Source: Octopus sinensis (Eukaryota). Taken from it: a DNA stretch of 64,000 bases. The stretch covers positions 14,086,464 through 14,150,463 of the forward strand of contig NC_043011.1 in NCBI RefSeq assembly GCF_006345805.1. The letters are read 5' to 3'. A program made the translations under genes and the position numbers. Shown one piece after another: positions 1 through 12,442 of the stretch. Positions within the stretch are counted from its first letter, which is position 1, and every line of letters starts with the position of its first letter. The notes under the pieces were generated by a model that did not search any database, was not told where the DNA came from, and saw only the letters and a list, made by a program, of their open reading frames with translations.

Positions 1-859
1 AGTGGACATTAAAATAATGACGATGATGAACAAACAGCCCTTCAGACAAAAACCTGTCCAAACAATATTATTGCTGGGATTTTGGGTGAAGTGTTGCAGT
101 GCTGAATGCATTTAGTACTTCAATGTTGTCATCTGCCCATCGTTCTCTTCCAGTTTTGTTTTTCATTTGGGCAGTGACATTAACCCTTTCGTTACCAACC
201 CGGCTGAAACCGGCTCTGGCTCTGAGTACAAATGTCTTGTTTTCATAAGTTTTGAATTAAAATCTTTCACCAAACCTTAGTCACAATTTATGTTCTTAAC
301 ACTAGCTGAATGATAACTAAGTTATTTTACTAAATTCTTTGTTATATTTAAAGTAATTATATATATATATATATATACTAAACAACATTTTTATACTGTT
401 ATATATTATTATGTACTCAGCAGGATAGCAAGATGAAGTGGAAACAGAAGCAATAAAAATAAACAGCAATAACAAATGTGAAACAAGTTTTTCTCTTATT
501 CGTTTCGCCCTGCCTAAAACTTTTATTACACAACATGTATGTTTTAAACAAAGAACTATACTTTAGTAAAGTGAATTTTTAGCTTTAAGCAATATTTGGC
601 CTAAAGAAAAGTTTTTAATGTTTAAATTCTACACACACTCACTTTTATATATATGTTGGTTTCAAATTATGGCACAAGGCCAGCAATTTTAGGGAAGGGG
701 ATAAGTTGATTTGACCCCAGTAATTCAACTGGTACTTATTTTATTGACCCCAAAAGGATGAAAGGCAAAGTCAACCTTGGTGGAATTTGAACCAACAGAG
801 CTGGTGTGCTAAGGATTCTGCCAGCTTACCACCTTTATATATATATCATTTCATCTAGT

Positions 860-1245
860 TTCAGCTCACGAGTTGTGGCCATGCTGGGGCACTGCCATTC
901 GGTGTTGCTACATGATTTTACTTCACGAATATTTTTTAGCAATTGACATTTGGTGCATGAGAGAGTTTTTGATGCAGCTGCTCTCATTTGCACCTCTTGC
1001 CGTGAAGTTGGTTCATCTGGGACACCTGACAGGAAAATGTCCAGCTTTATTTTGAAGACATCTGCATCCACCCCATGCAGGTCCATCAGGTCCTTCGGGA
1101 GGATATTGAAGACCTGTGGACCTCTGAAGCCCAGGCTATCGCAGCATCTTGTCCTACATCTTGGTGGCAAATTTGGAGTCCTTAGCACTATGCAGTGGTG
1201 CCCAGTTCTAGTATTTGTGTAACTCTTGATGCCAAAGTTTGGGAC

Positions 1246-1247
<2 letters not shown>
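860..1247 (-). mobile_element. CR1/L2-like LINE C-terminal fragment
   Basis: Encodes DSLGFRGPQVFNILPKDL...FKIKLDIFLSGVPDEP, typical of the CR1/L2-group ORF2 C-terminus. Confidence 0.7.
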
Positions 1248-1249
<2 letters not shown>

Positions 1250-1276
<27 letters not shown>

Positions 1277-1829
1277 TATATATCATTATCATCATCATTT
1301 AACATTCACCTCTCTATGCTTGCATGGGCATAGAGTTTGTTGAGGCAGATTTTCTATGGCCAGTTACCCTGCCTCTCTCAAACCCTCACTTGTTTACGAG
1401 CAAGGTAATATTTTCCCATGCCCAGACATACATGTCTTTTTACAGAAAACTGGAAATGAAAAACACCATTTCTATGGCAGTAATGCTTGTTCACAACCAT
1501 CATGTGATGTCAAAGCAAGAGTACACAGGCATATATATATATATATATATATAATATATATATATATACACACACACATATATATCATTATCATCATCAT
1601 TTAACATTCACCTCTCTATGCTTGCATGGGCATAGAGTTTGTTGAGGCAGATTTTCTATGGCCAGTTACCCTGCCTCTCTCAAACCCTCACTTGTTTACG
1701 AGCAAGGTAATATTTTCCCATGCCCAGACATACATGTCTTTTTACAGAAAACTGGAAATGAAAAACACCATTTCTATGGCAGTAATGCTTGTTCACAACC
1801 ATCATGTGATGTCAAAGCAAGAGTACACA

Positions 1830-1860
<31 letters not shown>
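1250..1860. repeat. Exact tandem duplication of a 302-bp unit (RTE-tail repeat plus TA/CA microsatellite)
   Basis: Identical ORF translations at 1324 and 1626 (offset 302). Confidence 0.9.
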
Positions 1861-1866
<6 letters not shown>

Positions 1867-1954
1867 TAATATCAGGATAATAAAGATCTTAGAAATTTCT
1901 AATACCAGTGGCCTAGCGTATAGAAAAATTAGTCAATAGACTATATATTATTCA

Positions 1955-2392
1955 TATAAAATACAGAGTACATTTAAACACATTAAGAGGTTTCCATCGT
2001 AGCAATCCCTTACCCAAGAAGGAACAGCTAAAGTCCCAATCACTAATTAAGGATAAGTTCTCGAAGGGAATGAAAAATAAAAAATATTTACCATCTATTT
2101 CCTGGACCATGGTTTCTGACTTATTTTAGCAAATAAAATAAAATAATTTGCTAGGCAAAGTCTTCATCAACAGGTATGCCAAGATTAAACATATAAACAC
2201 AAGGCCTTGTGTTTATATGTTTAATAAGTCAGAAACCATGGTCCAGGAAATAGATAGTAAATGTTTTTATTTTTCATTCCCTTCGAGAATTTATCTCCAA
2301 TTAGTGGTTGGGACTTTAGCTGTTCCTTCAAGCATAAGGGATTCCTGCGATGGAAATCTCTTAATGTGTTTAAATGTACACTGTATTTTATA
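1955..2392. repeat. Long inverted repeat (arms 1955-2125 and 2223-2392, spacer about 97 bp)
   Basis: tataaaatacag...cctggaccatggtttctgacttatt versus aataagtcagaaaccatggtccagg...ctgtattttata. Confidence 0.9.
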
Positions 2393-2985
2393 GAAACGGA
2401 CATATATATACACAATATAGGTAGAGTAAAATCCAAGCTGTGTCTCCTTGAAGCACATCTGCTTATTCCAGTATTACAATCAAGTATGTAGATGCTGTTG
2501 ATGTTGCATTGGTGTAAGATACATACTAGAGCTGAAAATTCTGGAAATATTTTTTGCAGAGTTATTATATAGCAAAAGAGGAAGTTGGAAATTTTTTTAG
2601 GTATTATTTATTTACCATAACATGTTTCATTTACTAATAGGAATTACAAGGTTTCACTCGTTAATGCCGGCATGGAAGGCAGACATTAAACGATGATGAT
2701 GATGATAATCATGTAAGAAATTTCTAACAGGAATTTTCTTACATGTGTATCTAAAACTGCATAATTCCTATTAGCAACGAAACATGTGTAATGGTGAACG
2801 AATAATACCAAAACATTTTCCAGCTTCCTCTTTTGTTTTTTACACACAAACACACACACACACACACACACACAATGGACTTCTTCAGCCCAAGCTGCTG
2901 TGTAATAGGACTGAACCGAAGACTATGTGGTTGGGAAATAAGTTTTACAACGGTGTATTTACACACACACACACACAGATTTTAA

Positions 2986-3459
2986 CCCTTTCATTACTGT
3001 GTTTATTTTGAGATGCTCTGTGTTTCTTTCAATTATTTTAAATATAACAAAGAATTTAGTAAAATAACTTAGTTATCATTAAGCTAGTGTTAGGAACATA
3101 AATTGTGACTAAGGTTTGGTGGAAGATTTTTATTCAAAACTTATGAAAACAAGACATTTGTACTACAGAGCCAGAAGTGGTTTCTGCTAGGCTGGTATCA
3201 AAAGGGTTAAGAATTGTTTCTCTATTATATATTTTAACCCTTTCATTACTGTATTTATTTTGAGATGCTCTGTGTTTCTTTCAATTATTTTAAATATAAC
3301 AAAGAATTTAGTAAAAGAACTTAGTTATCATTAAGCTAGTGTTAGGAACATAAATTGTGACTAAGGTTTGGTGGTATATTTTGATGCAAAACTTATGAAA
3401 ACAAGACATTTGTTCTACAGAGCCAGAGCCGGTTTTGGCCAGGGTTGGTAACAAAAGGG
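2986..3459. mobile_element. Two adjacent piggyBac-like MITEs (2986-3206 and 3238-3459), each TTAA-flanked
   Basis: TTAA|CCCTTT...AAAGGG|TTAA termini. The family also occurs at 184-358 (truncated) and 63489-63705. Confidence 0.85.
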
Positions 3460-3747
3460 TTAAGGAAGTGTTAAGAGGTTAATAGCTGACTATTAAAAAC
3501 TTGTAATGAAAAAAAGCTGAATGGATTGGAGTTTTTCCTTTGTAGAAGTACTATTACACAACGAGGTCAGGTCAAGCTGCTTGACTAATTAGAGCAGAAC
3601 TTTAAATAGCTGGCATCCATACGAAGCATGTAGCCAATAATTAATATGATCACGTAGTATAGCTGTTCATTGGTCTCATGGAAGCAGTAAAGGAAATTAA
3701 TGAATAGTTTATAAAAAGGGAAGATAAAAGAAAGAGCAAGTACTTAC

Positions 3748-3822
3748 ACTCGGAGGCAAACATTGGTACTGCCACTAACAAATGACACGTGATATTCTAC
3801 ATCTCGAAAAACTTCTTGGATT
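3748..3822 (-). CDS. Candidate 75-bp internal coding exon of an unidentified gene (IQEVFRDVEYHVSFVSGSTNVCLR)
   Basis: Strong acceptor (cacattctttttccag), consensus donor (gtaagt), length divisible by 3, exactly one open frame, in unique sequence. Confidence 0.4.
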
Positions 3823-3879
3823 CTGGAAAAAGAATGTGTGAAAGATTAATATTTTTTCAAATGTGTGTGGTCATTATTT

Positions 3880-4282
3880 TACTCTTTTTTTTTACTCTTT
3901 TACTCGTTTCAGTCATCTGACCGTGGCCATGCTGGAGCACCGCCTTTAATCGAGCAACTCGACCCCGGGACTTATTCTTTTTGTAAGCTCAGTACTTATT
4001 CTATCGGTCTCTTTTGCCGAACTGCTAAGTAACGGGGACATAAACACACCAGCATCGGTTGTCAAGCAATGCTAGGGGGACGAACACAGACACACACACA
4101 CATATATATACATATATACGACGGGCTTCTTTCAGTTTCCGTCAACCAAATCCACTCACAAGGCTTTGGTCGGCCCGAGGCTACAATAGAAGACACTTGC
4201 CCAAAATGCCACGCAGTGGGACTGAACCCGGAACCATGTGGTTGGTAAGCAAGCTACTAACCACACAGCCACTCCTACGCCT
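3880..4282 (-). mobile_element. SINE family A (tRNA head, ccttgggcaagtgtctt core, internal (TA)/(TG), tail ending (aaaagagt)n). Other near-full copies at 13100-13503(-), 20865-21242(-), 22216-22613(+), 43150-43569(+), 46428-46790(-) and 59345-59770(+); many partial copies
   Basis: Recurrent sequence of about 390 bp with A-box TGGCTGTGTGG and B-box GGTTCAGTCCC. Confidence 0.85.
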
Positions 4283-5395
4283 AATTCTTTTATTTATTTA
4301 TTTCAGTCATTTGACTGTGACCATTCTGGAGCACCACTCTGAAGAGTTTCAGTCGAATAAATTTACCCTAGGACTTTTTTTTTTAAGCTTAGCACTTATT
4401 CTATTGTCTCTTTTGCTGAACTACTCAGTTACAGGGATATAAACAAACCAACAATGGTTGTCAAGCAGTGATGGGGAGACAAACACATATAGATATCATC
4501 ATTATCGTTTAACGTCCGCTTTCCATGCTAGCATGGGTTGGACGATTTTGACTGAGGGCTGGCGAACCAGATGGCTGCACCAGGCTCCAATCTTGATTTG
4601 GCAGAGTTTCTACAGCTTGATGCCCTTCCTAACGCCAACCACTCCGAGAGTGTAGTGGGTGCTTTTTACGTGCCACAAGTATATATAGATAATGCATATA
4701 CGTGGGCTTCTTACAGCTTCCATACACCAAACCCACTCAGAAGGCTTTGGTTGGCCTAAGGCTAGAGTAGAAGGCACTTGGCCAAGGTGCCATGCAGTGG
4801 GACTGAACCTGGAACCATGAGGTTGGGAAGCAAGTTTCTTACCACACAGCCATGCCAGTGCCTACGTCCACTTTTCCATGCTTGTATGAGTCAAATGAAG
4901 TTTATTGAGGCAGATTCCTTTATGGTTGGATGCCCTTTATGTTGCCAATGCTCACTTGTTTTCAAGCTAGGTTATATTCTCCCATGACCAGACATCTTTC
5001 CACAGAATATTGGAAATGAACGACACTGCTTGTATGACAGTGACACTCACTCACATCTATCATGTTATGTCAAGACAATGACACACAAACATACATACAC
5101 TCACACTCACACACAACAGGTTTTTTTTTTTTCCAATTTCTTTCTACCTGATCTACTCACAAGGCTTTGGTCGACCTGGAGCTATATAACAGAAACCACT
5201 TGCCCAAGGGGCCATGGAGTGGGACTAAACATGAGACAGCAGTGGGACTGAATGTGGTTGGGAAGCCAACTTCTAACCACACAGCCATGCCTGTGTCTAT
5301 ATATATATATACATACAGACACAATGAGCTTCTTTCAGTTTCCATCTAGCAAATCCACTCATAAGGCCTAGGTAGTCCTAAGGCTATAGTAGAAG

Positions 5396-5625
5396 GTAGC
5401 GAGCTGGCAGAATCGTTAGCACGCCGGGCGAAATGCTTAGCGGTATTTCGTCTGCCGTTATGTTCTGAGTTCAAATTCCGCCAAGGTCAACTTTCCCTTT
5501 CATCCTTTCGGGGTCGATAAATTAAGTACCAGTTACACACTGGGGTCAATGTAATCGACTTAATCCATTTGTCTGTTCTTGTTTGTCCCCTCTGTGTTTA
5601 GCCCAATGTGGGCAGTAAAGAAATA
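5396..5625 (+). mobile_element. SINE family B (tRNA head, cctttcatcctttcggggtcgat central domain, tail ...taaagaaata) nested in a family A copy, TSD tatagtagaaggtag. Further copies at about 660-830, 9290-9450, 10150-10340, 11650-11810, 11925-12140, 37050-37207, 37430-37620 and 54480-54710
   Basis: Recurrent unit of about 230 bp. TSD visible at both ends. Confidence 0.85.
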
Positions 5626-7198
5626 TATAGTAGAAGGTAGCCCAAGGTGCTACATAATGGGACTGAACCTGGAACCATGTGGTTGAGAAGCAAACATCTT
5701 ACCACATGGTTTCATATTTACCCTATTATTCATTTTACTCCTTTATCCCCTACCCACTTCCTTTTTATGCACTACAGTCAGGAAAATATGTCATGGTGTA
5801 CTGGGTTCATCTCCTGTTCCAAATAGTCATGTAGTTAAGAACCATTATAAGTATACATAATACATATTTTAATGTGGCTGCATGGTAAGAAGTTTACTTC
5901 CCAACCACACGTGTCCAGGTTCAGTTTCACTGCATGGCACCTGCATTGGGTGAGTGTCTTCTACTATAGATTTGGGATGACCAAAGCCTTGTAAGTGGAT
6001 TTGGTAGACAGATACTGAAAGAAGCCAATCATATATAGATAACAATTAGTTGGCTGTCATAATAAAACTCAGAGTTTCAGATGCTGGGGTTGAAGTCTGC
6101 TCTGGCATCTCATCAGTTATGAAGACAGGTCACATTTATAGATAAATTCCTCTATTTACATATTATTGAGGTCTCATTCATTCTTTTGCAGTCATATTAT
6201 TATTATTATTAGTAGTAGTAGTAGTGGTAGTTGTTGTAGTAGTACGTATATACATACATATCTATGTGTGTGTCTTTGTGTCAGTGTTTGCCCCTGCCAC
6301 TGCTTGACAACTGGTGTTGGTGTGTTTACATTCCTCTAACTTAGTGGTTTGGCAAAAGAGATCGATATATTAAGTACCAGGGTTTTAAAAAAAAGCACTG
6401 GGGTTGATTCATTCAACTAAAAGTTCCTCAAGGTGGTGCCCCAGCATGGTCACAGTCTCATGTCTGAAACAAATAAAAGATAAAAAATATGGCATTTTGT
6501 AATATAAAATATGATTTGGAGAGTGCAAAAGAAAGAAAAAAAAGACCTGGCATTTATAAAGCGTAATAAATACTGTAGGAAGACTTGAAAGTGACACAGT
6601 TATGTAAAGTGATACTTAAGTTTAGTCAAGGAAGTAAGTTATGTAAAGTAAATGGAAATGGGACATTTCTAAAGAGAATGGAAAAGTATAAGGATTGTGA
6701 AGAGTTGTCAAATGCAGGACCGTAATGCTAAAATTATCCTGTTAATAACATCACTCAAGATTCCTGAATAATACACTTTTAATTAATTAATTAACAAAAT
6801 GTTTGTTTCTAATTTCATCTGCCAAATACAATAAAGACAAACTGAATGAATTTTCAGTTGTTTAAATTTCTGTGAATTACTATTTGTATAGTATTGTAGA
6901 AGTAAGCCCACCCACATTCCTGGCAGTGCATTCTCAACAAGAAAATCGGTGAAGTATATTTTTACTGCAATGAAGAAAGAGATTGGCTGCCAAAGAAGAG
7001 GAAACAGGACATGGAAATTAAAAGTTTGAAATTTAAAGAAAATGGCATAGCTGGAATTTCCTTTCTGTTCAGGTTATAGAAGCATTATGGCAAGGAAGTA
7101 AAGTTGCTTTAAAAAAAAAAATGCTGCCACCACCATTATTTTAACATCCACTTTTGGATGCTTGCATGGGTTGGACAGATTCTTTGTTGAGGCAGATT

Positions 7199-7356
7199 GG
7201 TGATCCTTTGGTATACATACCGTAAGTGGCTTTGTTTACATTTCTGAAGATAACAGAAACCCTTTTCTCCTAACCCTAACCCCCCCATATATATATAAAA
7301 AAAACACTTTGTTGAAATGTATCCGGTACTTCTGGTACGTATACCGAAGTTACGCC
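7199..7356. mobile_element. Small MITE (GG...CC) with 9-bp TSD aggcagatt, nested in an RTE-tail repeat
   Basis: TSD at 7190-7198 and 7357-7365. Subterminal IR cttcggtata/tataccgaag (mismatch at the left end). Internal cctaaccctaacc. Confidence 0.85.
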
Positions 7357-7934
7357 AGGCAGATTATCTATGGTTGGATATCCTTCCTATCAACAACCCT
7401 CACCTGTTTCCAAGAATATCTGATCCCCATGACCAGATAGATTTTTGCAGAAAATTGGAAATGAATGATTACTGCCTGTATGACAGTGACACTCATTTAC
7501 AACAACCCCATGATCTCAAGACACACACAAATATATGTATATATATATATATGATAGCCTTCTTTCATTTTCTGTCTACCAAATGCATCTGCAAGGCTTT
7601 GGTAGACCTGTGGCTATAGTAGAAGGTGCAATGCAGTGGGAATGAACCTGGATCCATATGGTCAAGAAGCAGACTTCTTACCATACAGTCACACTTGTAC
7701 CTAAAAACTAAAGTAAAAAAAAAGTGAAATTTTTTTTTAACATTTAATCCTTTAGCATTTAAACTGGGCATATCTGGCCCAAATATTCCACCTGTTTTAC
7801 ACTCAAACTGGCCATATCTGACCTCTCACACCTAGCCTACAATGTCATTCTAAAACTACACAATCATATCATTGAAATTTTGAAGCTATAAGATAAAGTA
7901 TGATTAATTCAAAACAATGAGAATAAATCAGCAT

Positions 7935-8205
7935 TGGAAAAGAAAGACCCCCTTCGGTCATGAATGACCATGGGATTGCACTTAGAATGTTACCTTCTGA
8001 GGCATAAGTCCAGGCAAGGTTGTTTTATGGAAGACTAGCAGTCACCCATGCATACCAGCCTCCCTTCTCCATGTCACCGATGTTAGGGAAAGGCAAAGGC
8101 TGATGCAACTTGGCACCTGTGATGTCACAACTCATTTCTACAGCTGAGTGAACTGAGCAATGTGAAAATAAAGTGTTTTGCTCAAGAACACAGCACACAG
8201 CAGTT
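7935..8205 (-). mobile_element. Fragment of another CORE-type SINE. Related head fragment at about 14925-15020
   Basis: gagtgaactgagcaatgtgaaaataaagtgttttgctcaagaacac is the reverse complement of a CORE-like segment. Confidence 0.55.
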
Positions 8206-8310
8206 TATAATACTCAATAAACTTTACATTTGCAACCCAGATAATTGATGACATAGATATTATTTTAAGCAGAAATATTGGTTTCAAATTTTAGCACATC
8301 AACCTCAGTG

Positions 8311-8633
8311 ATGAAAGGCAAAGTCAACTCCAAGAAAATGAAAAGCAAAGTTGACTCTGAGAAGGTGAAAGGCAAAGTTGACTCCAATAAAATGAAAAGC
8401 AAAGTTGACTCTGAGAAGATGAAAGGCAAAGTTGACTCCAAGAAAATGAAAAGCAAAGTCAACTCTGAGAAGATGAACGGCAAAGTTGACTCCAACAAAA
8501 TGAAAAGCAAAGTTGATTCCGAGAAGATGAAAGGCAAAGTTGATTCTGAGAAGACGAAAGGCAAAGTTGATTCTGAGAAGACGAAAGGCAAAGTTGACTC
8601 CGAGAAGATGAAAAGCAAAGTTGACCTCGGTGG
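8311..8633. repeat. 27-bp minisatellite (about 12 units) derived from the SINE B central domain
   Basis: Unit tgaaaggcaaagttgactcYRagaaga. It continues into gttgacctcggtggaatttgaac of SINE B. Confidence 0.85.
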
Positions 8634-8932
8634 AATTTGAACAAAGAACATATTTTTTTTTTTTGTGTGTTAACAATTCTGCCAGCTGTTTAATTTCAGG
8701 CAAAAATATTGATAGAAATTCTGAAGAAGGTAGAATGAGCAAAAACAAAGACTTATGATAATGAAATTATAAAATGTTGAAAGTAAAGCACACAATAAGA
8801 CTGATGATTCTAGAAAGTTACAGTACTTATAAGCACATTGTAAAGAAAAATGCCTCATAGCCACCACAACACCCTATCAGCTAGATATAGCTGGATAAAA
8901 CTTTCAGGATTTAAACTGGCTATATCTGGGCC

Positions 8933-9235
8933 GTGGAGGCGCAATGGCCCAGTGGTTAGAGCAGCGAACTTACAGTTGTAAGATCGCGGTTTCGATTCCC
9001 AGACCAGGCGTTATGAGTGTTTATTGAGTGAAAACACCTAAAGCTCCACGAAGCTCTGGCAGGGGGTGGTGGTGAACCCTGCTGTACTCTTTCGCCACAA
9101 CTTTCTCTCACTCTTTCTTCTGTTGGCTTGCTCGCTTAGCCATCGGGGTGGCGTCATTTGAAGGCTAAAACAATGCGAAGTGCATTGTGACCAGCGATGC
9201 GTAGCAACATCTGATAGCCTGGTCGGTGACGGTGA
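8933..9235 (+). mobile_element. SINE family C (tRNA-like head ggaggcgcaatggcccagtggtta). Copies at 14279-14555(+) and 41520-41899(-, different tail)
   Basis: A-box TGGCCCAGTGG and B-box GGTTTCGATTCC, followed by the shared gtgtttattgagcgaaaacacctaaagctccacgag segment. Confidence 0.8.
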
Positions 9236-9669
9236 TATCTGGGCCAAATACTGGTTTCAAATTTTGGCTCATGGCCGGCAATTTCAGAGGAAGAGGTAAG
9301 TTGATTACACCAACCCATGTATATTTTATCGACCCCAAAAGGATGAAGGGCAAAGCTGGTCTCGGCAGAATTTGAACTCAGAATGTAAAGACGAATGAAA
9401 TGCCACTAAGCATTTCGCCCAGCATGCTAACGATTCTGCCAGCTCATCACCTTCAGTTCAGCTTAAATATCCAACCAGTTTTATGTTCAAACTAGCTAGA
9501 TCTGGACTCTCACTTTAAAATAAACATTTGCATTATTGAAATCTTAAAGCGACAAGATAATGCATGATTAATTCAAAACACTGAATAAATAAGTATTACG
9601 TTTGATAGAATAATCCAAATGTTAAAACCAACATCAAATTGATTTAAACAGCTGTAATTATCATGTAAT

Positions 9670-10020
9670 CATCATCATCATCGTTTAGCATCCGCTTTCC
9701 ATGCTAGCATGGGTTGGACGGTTCAACTGGGGTCTGGGAAGCCAGAAGGCTGCACCAGGCCCAGTCTGATTTGGCAATGTTTCTACAGCTGGATGCCCTT
9801 CCTAACACCAACCACTCCGAGAGTGTAGTGGGAGCTTTTTACGTGCCAGATGAGGCTGGCAAACGGCCACGATTGGACGGCGCTTTTTACATGCCACCGG
9901 CACGGAGGCCAGTTGGGGCGGCACTGGCAACGGCCACGTTCAGATGGTTCTCTTACGTGCCACCGGCACTGGTATCACAGCTACAATTTCCATTGATGTT
10001 GATCGATTTTGATTTTGATT
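9670..10020 (-). mobile_element. RTE 3'-tail fragment. Related tail copies at about 4495-4680, 13716-14230, 4865-5100, 7135-7530 and 54960-55050
   Basis: catcatcatcgttta...ctttccatgctagcatgggttggacg...ggatgcccttcctaac, matching the RTE 3'UTR seen at 23540-23880. Confidence 0.75.
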
Positions 10021-10367
10021 TTTTTAATAGTCAATGAAAATCAAGTAACAGTTTCAGCTTATTCTTTATCATAATTTCTTATTAAAGGAATGGATTGAGA
10101 TTGACAGACAAGCCTCTTTTGAAGTATATTTACAACAACAACTGTTTCTGCTATAGGCCTGAAATTTGCAGTGGTGAGGAGATAGTCAATTACATCACAC
10201 CCACCGTGCTTAATTGGTACCTATTTTATTGACCCTGAAAAAATAAGAGGCAAAGTTGACTTTGGTGGCATTTGAACTCAGAATGTAAAGTCAGAAGAAA
10301 TGCTACTAAGCATTTTGTCTGGTGTGCTAAGGATTCTGCCGGATGGCTGTCTTAATAATAACAGTAA

Positions 10368-10755
10368 TCTTTATATATAAAGCTGAAGTTGTCTGTGTAT
10401 GGCAGGTTTGGTAGCCTTCAACTAATACTATCTCCTCCGAGACCCTGTGGCACAAGTTGGCCAAAATTGAGAGTATGACAGAAGGCTCGCTCTTCATTCC
10501 GTAGAAGATAAAATTGAAATCGGACCATGTTAAGACCAAAAATTATTTAGATCAAAAAGGTGCTTTTTTTCTATGAAAATCCCTATTTTTTTTACAATTT
10601 TTTGACTGCTGTGTCGCCATTTTACGGTGTATTTCAACCAGAAAATGTTCACTTAAAGAGAATAATAAGCTATATAATGCAAAATTTTTACTTTTCAAAA
10701 ATTCCAATTCTAAAGGGTCGAAACAAACCTGAGCAACGCCAGGCAATACTGCCAG
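10368..10755 (+). mobile_element. Non-autonomous Helitron-like element
   Basis: Starts A|TCTTTATATATAAAAGC and ends with a CCTG-agcaacgc-CAGG hairpin followed by CCAG|T (degenerate CTRR). Inserted between A and T with no TSD. Confidence 0.65.
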
Positions 10756-11189
10756 TAATGGTTTCTAAGTACATGGCCAGTAATTTTTGAGAGACGTGTG
10801 ATACTATTGATTTGATTGTTACTTTATTTTGTTGATTCCAGAAGGATGTAAGGAGCTTCAAAAAATACTGCAAGGCATTCTAACAATTCTGCTAGCTCTT
10901 CCCTTTGAAAATAATGGTTTTTGATTTTAGACACAAGGCCAGCAATTTTTGTGGGAAGATATTAGTTGATACCATTAACCAGTGTAGTTAGTCCAATATT
11001 TTATTTTACTGACCTTGAAAAGATGAAAGGCAAAGCCAACTTCATCAGGATTTGAACTCAAGGTAAAGAAAAACAGACAAAAAAAGAGCCAGAACAAATA
11101 CCACAAAGCAATTTTTTTAATGCTCTAACAAGTCAGTCAAACAACAACAACAACTGCTGCCACCACCACTACCACAAGTAGTAGTAGTA

Positions 11190-11336
11190 GTGGTGGTGGT
11201 GGTAGTAGTAGTAGATGTAGCAGTAGTAGTAGTAGTGGTGGTAGTAGTAGTAGTGGTGGTAGTAGTAGTAGTGGTGGTAGTAGTAGTAGTAGTGGTGGTG
11301 GTGGTGGTGGTAGTAGTAGTGGTAGTAGTAGTAGTT
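11190..11336. repeat. (GTA)/(GTG) trinucleotide microsatellite
   Basis: Direct reading. It produces the poly-Val and poly-Thr ORFs. Confidence 0.95.
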
Positions 11337-12149
11337 TTAATGTTGGAAGATTTCACCAACACTAGTACTTAAAAACTGGTTTCTTTTCCCACATCCAGAA
11401 AGAAGAAAAGCAAAAACTGACCTTGCATGATTTAAACACAGAAGAACAGAATGTTGCTTTTAAAAAAAATATTGCAATATACATTTAGTCCATCAGTTTG
11501 CCATACAGTTTTTATGCATCCTACAAGTTGACTTTGTTATTCATCGTTTCTGGGTCAATAAAATAAGTATCAGTCAAATATTTGAGAAGGATGAGAAAAA
11601 ACAAAAACAACAACAGCTACCACCACCACCACCACCACCACCACCATCATTACTACACTGGGCAAAATGCTTAGTGGCATCTCATTTGTCTTTACAGTTC
11701 TGAGTTCAAATTCTGCTGAGGTTGACTTTGCCTTCCATCCTTTCAGGGTTGATAAAATAAGTACCAGTTGAGCACTGGGGTAAATGTAAATGACTTATTT
11801 CCCCACTCCCTGAACACCTTTTGTCATATATCAGCTGGATCAAGGTTGAATTGGAAACAATATAAATAGTAATTGTGTCTAGTTTGGACAAGGTTAGAAA
11901 ATTGAAGAAGTTTAAACCAATAAAATTGAGCCCAGTACTTGATTGGTATTTTATTTTATTGACTCCAAAATGTTGAAAAGCAAAGTTACCCCAGTAGGAT
12001 TTGAACTCAGAATATAAAGAGGCAGAACAAATTGATCTCTGTATTTAATTGGAACTTTATTTTAACAACCCTGGGAAGGATGAAAGGTAAAGTTGGCTCC
12101 GGCAGGATTTGAACTTAGAATGTAAAGAGCTGGAAGAAATACCATAAGG

Positions 12150-12442
12150 CATGCCTGTGGCTAAGTGGGGTGCACTAGATAGCACTGCCCCTTCACTATT
12201 CAATGGTGCACCCTCTGATTTAGAAAATACAGTTTACAAAAACTTTCTATAGTACATTTCTTGATGCCTAACATACCTTTTGCTAAGGGGGTGTACTGGA
12301 TGGTTCTGCCCCTTCACTATTCAATGGAGCACCCTCAGATTTAGAAAATGACAGTTTACAAAAATTTTCCTGCAATACAAATTAGCGCCCACCCAGAATA
12401 TTCTGAAGCACCCTTGAGTGCCTGAGTCAGGTGATGGGCCTG
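12150..12442. mobile_element. hAT-like MITE nested in a SINE, with an internal tandem duplication of about 120 bp
   Basis: 8-bp TSD ccataagg/ccacaagg. Termini CATGCCTG...GGGCCTG. gctaag...gccccttcactattcaatgg...acagtttacaaaa occurs twice. Confidence 0.65.

Noticed and set aside
8265-8748. 120-147 aa repetitive ORFs
   Set aside because: They are products of the 27-bp SINE-derived minisatellite.
8933-9010. tRNA gene
   Set aside because: It has A and B boxes but no complete cloverleaf, and it continues into SINE body sequence shared with other copies.
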